DNA of 63,417 nucleotides, counting the filler, from Saprolegnia diclina VS20 (Eukaryota), in the NCBI RefSeq assembly GCF_000281045.1. It is 7 parts of 4 records of this genome, joined end to end, with 100 filler letters (N's around TTAATTAATTAA, not from the genome) between each part and the next. Parts side by side here need not be neighbours in the genome. Positions count along the whole stretch, not along the records: positions 27,260 to 52,934 come from NW_008246074.1; 6 more parts are not named here. One strand, 5' to 3'. Both the position numbers and the translations under genes were made by a program. The notes beneath the pieces are model-generated. The model was not told where the DNA came from. It made no database searches and saw nothing but the letters and a program-made list of their open reading frames with translations. The first letter of the stretch is position 1. Each line of letters opens with the position of its first letter. Below, one piece after another: positions 37,341 through 46,631 of this stretch.

Positions 37341-37814
37341 GCCAGCTAGTAATAGTGCACAAGGAACGTCGCTGGGTAGAAGACTGTTCATCACATAAAC
37401 CCGAGTAGTTCCGTGAGCGCTTCGGTCGCTGGCTCGGGCGACGCGATCGCAGCGTGCGGGCGCTTCTTTGTGGGGGCCGCGGCCGGTGGCGCTGTCGTCT
37501 CGGTCGCCGGCGTCGTGTCCATTCCGTCGCGTCCACCAATCACGTCCGTTGGGACGCCACGTCCCATTTTATTGCCGACACACACACGCTTGCGTGACGG
37601 CATCGCATCATCGACCTCACCGACAATCTCACCAAGATACTGCTAGTTGCTCTTGTGTCATTTAGTAGGTCGACGCTCAACGGCGTCGGCATCACACTAT
37701 TAGTGTTGGCACAGGGACGTAGCGGCCTGCAGGAACTCGCCACTGTATCGAGAGACAACGCTCAGGGCCAAAATCACATGCAGTTCTTATATTATCATCG
37801 AGGGTGGAGACGCC

Positions 37815-39077
37815 CTACTTGACGGAGATCGAGTCCGACATGACGGCGATGAGGTCTTCGGACGGAGCTTGGATCTCGTAAGCGCAATGGGCCGCAAGCG
37901 TCTTATGGTAGTTGCTCAGGAGCGTTGTCGCCGCCGTGTACGCGACGGGCGCCGGGGGGTCCATGGCGGCGCGCGACGCCGGAAAGCCATTGGCGGCAGC
38001 CACTGGCGCCGGCGCCTCGGCCCACGCAGCGACGATCTCGCCGCGCTTTTGGTTGGCCTGCTCGACTTCGAGCGGCTCGGGCACTTCGGAAATATCAATG
38101 AGCGCATGGGCCGTCTTGTCGACGATCGCGAGCCAGCGCTCGGCTTCGGTCAAGTGCTTCTGCGTCGCGCTCATCGACTGTGAGCTGTTGCGGTTCATGT
38201 CCGACTGGAGCTCGACGTTCTTCTCCATCTAACAATGTCGTGTGAGGATACCTTCGTCGTGGATGAGGATACCTCAAAAAAGTGCTGCAACGAGCGGTCG
38301 TCCGTGATCCCCGGGATCTGCAAGAGGCCGTCGAGGTACTGCTGCAAGCCAGCTTGACGCTTGGAGAGGAAGCTGGGATCAAAGCTACGAAATCATCGTC
38401 AGCTTGCGGCTCCATCGAGCCAACACAAAGAGGCGGCAAAATGAAGCGAGCGTCTCAGTCGATGGACGAGCCGGGACGCGCCAACGAGACGCGTACCGCG
38501 ACCACGCGTGTTTGGGGCCACCGACGCTTGCAGCGCCAGGAAGATGCGATCGAGACACGGCCAGCTTGAGATAAGATCAAGCGATTTGACATTCCTCCGA
38601 CACACAACAGCGTGTCGTCCTCATCCTTCGTATCCACATGGCCGGCCGCTGGACGTCTCGATCGCACCTTTCGCTGGCGGCGCACGCGGCGGCAAGAACA
38701 CGGCGCGGCCACGATCGCACGCGCCTCGCGACGACGCCGTCCCTCTCCCCAGAGTGAATAAATCATGGCGGGTCCCGGCCATCCAGCGTTTCATCCTTGA
38801 CGCACCGCATCTGCCTATCGGCGCATGCAACGTACCGGCCAAACCATTGCTTCTCGGGCAGCCGCACGCGGAGCTCGCTCTGGAAGACGCTCTCGAGGCG
38901 GCAGTGGAGCTGGTCAAAGTCGCTAAAGCGGCGCGAAATGAGCCAGACGACGCCGCTGCAGCTGATCTAGGAGCGCAATGAGCGCGGTGAGCGCATCGGA
39001 GGCTCGCGAACCTGGACGATGAACTCGGTGTGGTCGCCGACCGTCTCGTTGCCCGTGATGAGCGCGCTCACGTTCAT
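37815..39077 (-). CDS. PX-domain protein (sorting-nexin-like), 4 exons
   Basis: Exons 39077-39012, 38966-38836, 38384-38273 and 38228-37815 give MNVSALITGNETVGDHTEFIVQISCSGVVWLISRRFSDFDQLH...LPEKQWFGRFDPSFLSKRQAGLQQYLDGLL...LQHFLEM, a typical PX domain. Confidence 0.85.
38385..38835 (-). ncRNA. Candidate structured intronic RNA (long nested hairpin) in intron 2 of the PX gene
   Basis: 451-nt GT-AG intron with nested complementary arms: 38654-38670 with 38541-38557, 38717-38728 with 38485-38496, 38703-38714 with 38496-38507. Non-Watson-Crick positions in these helices are G-U on the transcribed strand. Confidence 0.55.
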
Positions 39078-39148
39078 TTCGCTCGTCGCTCGCTCAGAAC
39101 AAAGTGGGGCAAGTGGCGTTCTACGGATAAACATCCGGACAAGCGTAG

Positions 39149-39220
39149 TCGACTCATCGACTCAGAATGGACTAATCGACTAATAAACTACATATAATCG
39201 ACTGATCGACTAATCGACTA
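39149..39220. repeat. Cluster of (A)TCGACT motifs in a divergent intergenic region
   Basis: Six TCGACT copies, several at 8-nt spacing (ATCGACTGATCGACTAATCGACTA). Confidence 0.7.
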
Positions 39221-39621
39221 CAACGTCGTACGACTTTGCCGTTGCAAATGCACGCAACGATGAAAACTACGGACAGACCGTCAGCATTGCACCGAGCGGC
39301 AACGAGAACATGCGAGGAAGCGTGCGCGGTGGCCACCAGCCTGCCTGATGCCTCGCGCCATGACGAAGGCGGCGCGCTTCGTCATACTTTTGCAGTGTCG
39401 TGGTAGGTTCGCGGTATTAGCAAGGCCTGGGTATTAGTAGTCTACTATACGTATATATTATAAGACGGTGGGCACAAAGGCGCGAGCCCAGGAAATCACC
39501 TCGTGGCCTCGAGTGTCGATAGCTGCGGACCAGTTTATGCACGCACCAGTCGCACGCCATCTGGCGCGATGTGCAAAGATGCGAACGAAATCCCACTTTC
39601 TCACTAAACTACGATCTGAGC

Positions 39622-39637
39622 GCATTCTCGCATTTGC
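39622..39637 (+). promoter_or_regulatory. Oomycete Inr+FPR-like core promoter element
   Basis: GCATTCTCGCATTTGC immediately upstream of ATG 39641. Confidence 0.5.
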
Positions 39638-39640
39638 AGC

Positions 39641-40225
39641 ATGCAGCTCTTCCAGTCCTTACTCCTTCTCGTCGTTGCGTCTGTGGCGGCACTCTCGCCC
39701 GCGTACAATGCGACACCGGCGCTACTGCCCGCGTGTACCGAGCCCGCGCCGCAGTCGTGTGCGTTCTACAACGCGTGTCTTGAGGTCGCCCACCCGTGCG
39801 GCGCGCAAGGCTACGCGCTTGGCTTTGGCGAGTTTTACTGCAACAAGTTTGCGGCCTACAAGGACAAGTTTACGGCAAACGGCCAGCAGTGGATGTACAA
39901 CACGATGACGTGCCTCCAGAAGAAGCTCGGCGTCGCGCTCAAGGACCCAACGATGACTTGCGACGCGATCAAGACGTTTGCGTTCGACTCGCACCCCGAG
40001 TGCTACACCAACAACGGCGGCCCGAGCGTGTGCGAGCTGAGCCCGCTCAAGGACTGGACCACGGTGCTCCGCGTCGTCGGCCTCAAGACGCTCTTCAAGC
40101 TCGACACGATCAAGAACGGTGCGTCGACGGGCCTTGTGTGTATGCACCAGCTCCTCTCGTGGGCCAAGAAGCTTCCGTCGACGACCGACGACCCCATGGA
40201 GCCCAACTTGGACTGGAATTTGTAA
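39641..40225 (+). CDS. Secreted 10-Cys protein, stanniocalcin-like family
   Basis: Signal peptide MQLFQSLLLLVVASVAA. The pattern C-x-FY-x2-CLE...CG-x2-GY-x3-FG-x2-YC-x-KF...GQQWM...CLQ...TC...AF-x-SH-x2-CY matches my recollection of fungal/protist stanniocalcin-related proteins. Confidence 0.7.
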   Translation: MQLFQSLLLLVVASVAALSPAYNATPALLPACTEPAPQSCAFYNACLEVAHPCGAQGYALGFGEFYCNKFAAYKDKFTANGQQWMYNTMTCLQKKLGVALKDPTMTCDAIKTFAFDSHPECYTNNGGPSVCELSPLKDWTTVLRVVGLKTLFKLDTIKNGASTGLVCMHQLLSWAKKLPSTTDDPMEPNLDWNL

Positions 40226-40447
40226 ACGAACTTTTCCAATTCATGACATTTACCTTCTACAAAGATGCCACTGTTTTCGGGTGGACACCTTGTCTGCAAT
40301 TTTGCGAAAAGGTGCCGCATCAATACAAGCATATACTACCACGATATTATGCTCGGAACCCAGCATTCGTTCTTTTCGTAGTACATCGGCTCGCACATCG
40401 ACAGCTACCATTCAGCCTGATTCAGCGTGGTTGGTCGTATTCCAAGC

Positions 40448-40483
40448 GCAAACGCCCGCCGAGCTGCCACGTCATATGAAACC
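40448..40483 (+). repeat. 36-bp perfect inverted repeat of 42488-42523, truncated by the gap
   Basis: GCAAACGCCCGCCGAGCTGCCACGTCATATGAAACC is the exact reverse complement of 42488-42523. Confidence 0.92.
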
Positions 40484-41471
40484 NNNNNNNNNNNNNNNNN
40501 NNNNNNNNNNNNNNNNNNNNNNNNNNNNNNNNNNNNNNNNNNNNNNNNNNNNNNNNNNNNNNNNNNNNNNNNNNNNNNNNNNNNNNNNNNNNNNNNNNNN
40601 NNNNNNNNNNNNNNNNNNNNNNNNNNNNNNNNNNNNNNNNNNNNNNNNNNNNNNNNNNNNNNNNNNNNNNNNNNNNNNNNNNNNNNNNNNNNNNNNNNNN
40701 NNNNNNNNNNNNNNNNNNNNNNNNNNNNNNNNNNNNNNNNNNNNNNNNNNNNNNNNNNNNNNNNNNNNNNNNNNNNNNNNNNNNNNNNNNNNNNNNNNNN
40801 NNNNNNNNNNNNNNNNNNNNNNNNNNNNNNNNNNNNNNNNNNNNNNNNNNNNNNNNNNNNNNNNNNNNNNNNNNNNNNNNNNNNNNNNNNNNNNNNNNNN
40901 NNNNNNNNNNNNNNNNNNNNNNNNNNNNNNNNNNNNNNNNNNNNNNNNNNNNNNNNNNNNNNNNNNNNNNNNNNNNNNNNNNNNNNNNNNNNNNNNNNNN
41001 NNNNNNNNNNNNNNNNNNNNNNNNNNNNNNNNNNNNNNNNNNNNNNNNNNNNNNNNNNNNNNNNNNNNNNNNNNNNNNNNNNNNNNNNNNNNNNNNNNNN
41101 NNNNNNNNNNNNNNNNNNNNNNNNNNNNNNNNNNNNNNNNNNNNNNNNNNNNNNNNNNNNNNNNNNNNNNNNNNNNNNNNNNNNNNNNNNNNNNNNNNNN
41201 NNNNNNNNNNNNNNNNNNNNNNNNNNNNNNNNNNNNNNNNNNNNNNNNNNNNNNNNNNNNNNNNNNNNNNNNNNNNNNNNNNNNNNNNNNNNNNNNNNNN
41301 NNNNNNNNNNNNNNNNNNNNNNNNNNNNNNNNNNNNNNNNNNNNNNNNNNNNNNNNNNNNNNNNNNNNNNNNNNNNNNNNNNNNNNNNNNNNNNNNNNNN
41401 NNNNNNNNNNNNNNNNNNNNNNNNNNNNNNNNNNNNNNNNNNNNNNNNNNNNNNNNNNNNNNNNNNNNNNN
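40484..41471. other. Sized assembly gap (988 N)
   Basis: Run of N. Confidence 0.99.
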
Positions 41472-41609
41472 ATTTCACTCGACCAAAGACTCGAAAAAGC
41501 TATGGACTGTCTAGAACAGACATATAGATCGTCCATTCGCTTGCGCTACCACCTTTCAGCAAGGCTTCTATGCCCACTCTCGCATTCGCCCCGCGTCCGC
41601 CACTCGACC

Positions 41610-42299
41610 ATGCACTCGATCTCGATTCTCCTTGTCTCGCTCTGCCTCGCGGCGACGTCTGCCCAACCCATTTCGGCCATTGGGTATCCGGGCAACCTCT
41701 TCTTCGCCCAGGTGCAAACGGACGCGGTCGCCAAGGCCAACGCGCTCCAGCGCGCTAGCAGCAACTTTGCCAACCACGCCGATAGCAACAGCGGCAACGT
41801 CGGCGTCGCCAAGTCGTTCATTGTGGACAGCAACCATGCCAACCAAGAGGCCAACGACCGCGGCTACCAGGATGCAACGGCCAAGAACAATGCGCTCCAG
41901 AAGAACAACGCAGCCACGAGCGCCAACGGCGCAGTGCTCTCACCGTGGGTGCGCCATCTTCGCGGCAACTGCATTGGCGATAGCTGCGGCGGCGGCTGCT
42001 TTGGCAACGGCTGCGGTGGTCGCGCTGTGCCGTCGGCCTTGTCTGCTGCCAACAAACACGCCGACGCGCTCAACAAGGGCGACTCGTACAACGAAGCCAA
42101 CCAAGGTCGCGCCTCGGACGCTCGCCAGCACGCCGATACGCAGTACATTGAAAAGTCGGACATCAACAAGAAGGGCTATGCGAACGCCAACGCCAAATCG
42201 GAGGCGAACGCCCACGCGCTCTCCAAGAGCAACTTTTTCGCCGCGCAAAACGCCGACCAAAGCCAAGTCGTCGTCGAAAACCCGGGTCTCTTTCGCTAA
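41610..42299 (+). CDS. Secreted Asn/Ala-rich low-complexity protein (229 aa) with central RHLR and Cys/Gly segment
   Basis: Signal peptide MHSISILLVSLCLAATSA; strong codon bias; RHLRG at aa 115-119 followed by CIGDSCGGGCFGNGC. Confidence 0.82.
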   Translation: MHSISILLVSLCLAATSAQPISAIGYPGNLFFAQVQTDAVAKANALQRASSNFANHADSNSGNVGVAKSFIVDSNHANQEANDRGYQDATAKNNALQKNNAATSANGAVLSPWVRHLRGNCIGDSCGGGCFGNGCGGRAVPSALSAANKHADALNKGDSYNEANQGRASDARQHADTQYIEKSDINKKGYANANAKSEANAHALSKSNFFAAQNADQSQVVVENPGLFR

Positions 42300-42748
42300 C
42301 CGTCTTGGTTGTGGCCGCAGCAGCGTTCTGACGAGCATTTAGTCGACCTACTACTCGAGTCTCATAAATTGATTTCTACTTGATAGTTAAGTGCACAAAT
42401 GGTCGCATCAAAGGATCTTTGTCGTATTGACTACTACTGTAGTAGCAGACACGTATCGAGCTGTGTCGGGTGAGAGACCCCGTTGGCGGTTTCATATGAC
42501 GTGGCAGCTCGGCGGGCGTTTGCTCGCCGCTGGTCTGGTGGGGGGATAGTATTGGCTCTATTCGCAGCTTTGGACACCCAAGTGAGCGGTCAGGAGTGAA
42601 TCCCTTCAACATGGTGCCACTGCTGCCAAGCTCTCCTTTCTGTGCAGTCTCTATCAATCGATATATACACCGGTACCAACTAGATGCGATGGGATGTAAG
42701 ACATGTTTACTCGACTTTTAGTCAATACACTCGCACGAGCGTCGACAA

Positions 42749-45700
42749 TTACGCTGGTAGCAAACCGAGATCGGTAAAGAACGGCTTGCACTGCGCACAC
42801 ACACCGAGCTGGTACGGCGCCAAGTAGAGCAGCTCAATGCGCGAGTGCAGCTGCAAAAGACGCTCCTTCATCGTGGTCGCGACGGTCGCCTTGGCGTCAC
42901 AGCCTTTGAAGCACCGCGTGCACGGAATGTGCCCGAGCGCGTTCTCCGAAAACACCTTGAAGTCAAGCATGAGCGCGCCGCGGTAGCTCGTAAGGAGCCG
43001 CAAGAGCAGTTCATCGGTCTACACGTACACCTATAAATTGCAGTAGCACTGGCTCAAGACGATACCTGGTCCATCGACGTTGTGTGTTGCACGTCGCCAG
43101 CAAACAAGTGTGCCAGCACGCCATGCACAAAAGTGTCTTCCCAGTAGACAGCATCAAAGTACGACGCGGGCAGTGTCGGCGCTTCAAATGCGCCTTCCCA
43201 CACCAAGTGGCGGCCACCGTCAAGCTCGCTGAGCCAGCGGTCCCAGCGCCCGCCGGACCGGGGCACCTTGACCGCGGTGCGGTGGCAGCTCTTGGCGCCA
43301 ACATGGAACATGCGGTGCTGGCCGCAACGGTGGCCCTCGGCCATCGGACACGACGCGACGCACGGCAAGAAGCGCTGGACGCTCTTGAGCAGAAGCGACA
43401 GACTCTTCTTGGCCTGCGCCGAGACCTATAGATCATTTCTTATGTCAAACTATACACACGTCCCGTGCACCGTCTCTTTGGTCAATATGGACGCGTGCGC
43501 TTTGCGTCGCATGTTGAAGGCGATCATGCGCTGGAAGAGCTCGAGCGTAAACTCAATGCAGAGCCGGTACCAGTCGGCGTCGCGCCGCGGGAAGCGCTCG
43601 TAGACACGCACAAAGGTGGCCGTCGTACGTCATCCCTGTCGTCAAGGAATGCTGTGGATTTTTGAAAATATAGTGTATATCCAAGGAAAAGAAGGAAAAG
43701 GATATATGCGATCGACGTCGCGGTCGCCCGTCGAGAGCAGGTCGTTGAGAAGCGTCGCGAACGATACGGGCTGCTCGTTCGCGACTTGGGTCACGATCGA
43801 GCGGAGGAGGAAGAACCAGCCGCGCTCGCCGACGCTAATGTCGGTTCGCATCGCCTTTTGCTTGGCGCTCATGTCGCTCAAGATTTGCTAGGACACTTGT
43901 CGACTAGAAACTCAACCAAAGACAAGCGTACGTGGATCGCGACGAGCTGCTGGTCGAGGATCTCGTCGCCGTTGTACCACTTGCCGCGGATGTTTTGGCG
44001 AATGTCGCCCCGCGGCACGCGCACGCACTTGACGTCCGCAAAGTACTCGAGAAAACCTTTGGCTTCTAGAAATGCTAGAAATAAAGCCAAGCGGCAAACG
44101 AACGAGGTACCGGAATTGAGGAGGTCGGCCGACCGAAAGGTGATCGCGACGGGGCGGGACGCGGTCTCCAGGAGTTCTTGGACCTTGTTCAAACCGAGAA
44201 GCTCGGTGGAGACGCCGCCAATCGCGACGAGCAGGTCGTGGAGGTGAATGTTGCCACTCTTTGCGGCCACGCCGTCGGCTGCCAGCGCTTCGACCGCGGG
44301 AAAGCTGGCGACGTCGAGATTGTTGTTGCTGTTTGAAGCCAGATGGAGGTCGAGCCCGACCGGGCCTGTCTCGGCTAACACGACGTCGTACTCGTCGTAA
44401 ATGTGCGCCTGCATAAACTCGGCGGTCGTTGCCTCGACGCTAAAGTTGGCGGTCAAGCTGCACTTGTTGTGCACGATGAGCATCGACGGGCGGCACATGG
44501 TCTCGGAGATGCCGACGTTGGCCTTGATCGCAAAGTCCCGGCAGCGTGTAAAGTAGTCCTTATTGACTAGACTCGTATCTCCCACGAGCACGATCACGTC
44601 GCTGAGCAAGTAGGCGATTTTTGGAAAGTACTTTTGGACCGCCATGTGCCGTTGCTTGGTCTCGGCCTTGCTCGAGTGAAAGAGGTGTTTGGTGCGCAAC
44701 ACCTACACAGTCGATTTGAAAGAATATCAATCTATCAATCTATCGATGCATTGCAGATGGTATAGTACCATGTTCATAAATGGTGTGAGTCCGTTCTCGC
44801 CTTCAAAATCGATGACGTTGGCGCGCTCGTTGGGCACGACGCACGTCGACGAGTACATGTTGGCGTTGGCCGTCGTGCTGCACATCTTGTCTTCGTCAAA
44901 GCAAAACGGCCGACTAGACACCATAATATTGTCTATAAAAATGAGAAAAATAGAAAGACAAACATTTCGTGGTCGCCCATGAGCGCGCGAATCAAAAACG
45001 ACTTGCCCGCGGTCGTGTTGCCCAAAAATGAAATCACGGGCACCTTGGCGTCCGAGACGGCCGCATCCTCAAACATCAGATCCAGGTTGGCGTCGTTGGG
45101 CTGCAGCTGGTAATGGCCGGACGTTGTTTGCTGCAGCGCAATGATTTCCTTGCTGCGCTCTTGGGCGGCTTGGTCCCGCGCCACGTTGAGCTTGAGCCAC
45201 GCATGCAACAGCGCGCCTACCACTCGGTACACGTCATGACATGGTATACGCGCGCGTACTGGGTGTGTCGTGGCCGCGCACGACCAGCAGCTTGACGGTC
45301 AAAGGCTCGCGATGCAGCAAGTGCAGGAGCTGGGCAAACACCACGTTGTGGACAGGTCGGCCTTGGAGGCGCACGATGGCGTCGCCAACCGCGAGCGCGG
45401 ACGCCTACTCGCACCATAAATTGTTGTCCTGAAAGTGCTGATGACGGACATCTTTTTCGCGCGAAATGCGCTGCACGACAAAGACGCCGTCGACTTGGCC
45501 AATGTCGATGCCCAATGTGCCGTCGGGCAGCTTGGGCAAAACGACTTCGAGCTCCTCAAAGTCCGGAATGTCGTACGCCGTCGGGTGCCACGTCGCGGGT
45601 TCGGGCGCAGCGCTCGTCGTCTCGGTGTCGGCGAGCGGTCGCACATGGTGGTAGCGCCGCTTCTTGAGCGAATGCAGTAGGAGCGAGCACCCGTGGCAGA

Positions 45701-45830
45701 GCTTCGTCTCGCCGTTCGTACTGCTGTTGTTGTTGTTGCTGTCGTCGGGCTCGTGGCACTCGGCGCACGCGAGCGTCGCGGGCTGGTCGTCGCACTCGCT
45801 ACAGACGACAGCGTGGCCTTTCGCGCTCAT
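42749..45830 (-). CDS. Multidomain protein: B-box zinc finger, PDZ, P-loop NTPase (GBP/atlastin-like G domain) with a second PDZ, and Cys/His-rich C-terminus
   Basis: B-box CSECDDQPATLACAEC...LCHGC...H...H; PDZ1 GTLGIDI...LAVGDAIVRLQG; Walker A ISFLGNTTAGKS, STTAN, VIDFEGENG, IVHNK; PDZ2 GPVGLDL...IHLHDLLVAIGG. Exons are joined by short introns. Confidence 0.7.
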
Positions 45831-46631
45831 ATCCCACGTTGAAGTTTACAGAAGAAGATGCGAAAGGACTCGCTCGAAACCGTCGTGCCAACCGGCTTGA
45901 CGGATTGAAGGTTTGAAGGTTGAAATAACCGGTTCGCCAACGGCAATGACGTGGCGAGATGCAGACGCGTCGGGCAAGATCACCGCGCAACCCCATGAGC
46001 AACCTTGACGGAAAGAAGAGAATGATTTGCTTCCAAGCGCCGGCTCGAAACGAGTGACGCACCTCGTTCGCTCTTAATCTGCACCGAGTAGTCAGTCAGT
46101 CTCGCCATGACTACCTTGACTGCTTGGTCCTGCACTGCCGCCCACGTCGGACTTGAGATCCGTTGTGATTGGCAGATGATTGGTCAATCACAGGTGCCGT
46201 TGGTTTGACGTAGTGCAATCTCGAGTCGCTTGACGGATGCTCCCAAGGTTAAATCGCTCGAACTAAAGAACTAGCACTACGGTCATCGACTCGAACACGG
46301 TATTTAGAAGGAGCAAACGCGAAGGAGCAAGTTAGTATCGTCATCGTTGGTGGCATGACCGCTGGTGCTGATCTTCGTTTCGAAATTTCCGTCGGTCAAC
46401 TAAAATACGCGCGTTTGATTGGTGCGTCGTTAGAATATCTACCAATCATATGCGGTCCAAAATGGCCAACTTGAAGTTGCCCGCCAGTGCTGAATTGGCG
46501 TTGTCGTTTTGTTGTTCCCGTCCCCGACGGCCCGTGTACCGCTCTCCTCGGTGGCCTGCCATCGCGCCCACTCTCTACCTCTACCGTGACGTCGTCTGCC
46601 TCCATCATCCTCGCACCTGTCGCCCGTCGCC

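Noticed and set aside
37391..37760. Possible small minus-strand gene or extra 3' exon (…PAAAPTKKRPHAAIASP…FM*)
   Set aside because: Partly coding-like, but I could not build a convincing start or splice model.
38385..38835. C/D-box snoRNA interpretation of the long intron
   Set aside because: Only imperfect C-box-like words and isolated CTGA, with no canonical box spacing, terminal stem or identifiable rRNA guide. Reported as a generic structured intron instead.
40119..42299. 726-aa ORF and other X-filled ORFs in the track
   Set aside because: Artefacts of translating through N gaps; the real ORF starts at 41610.
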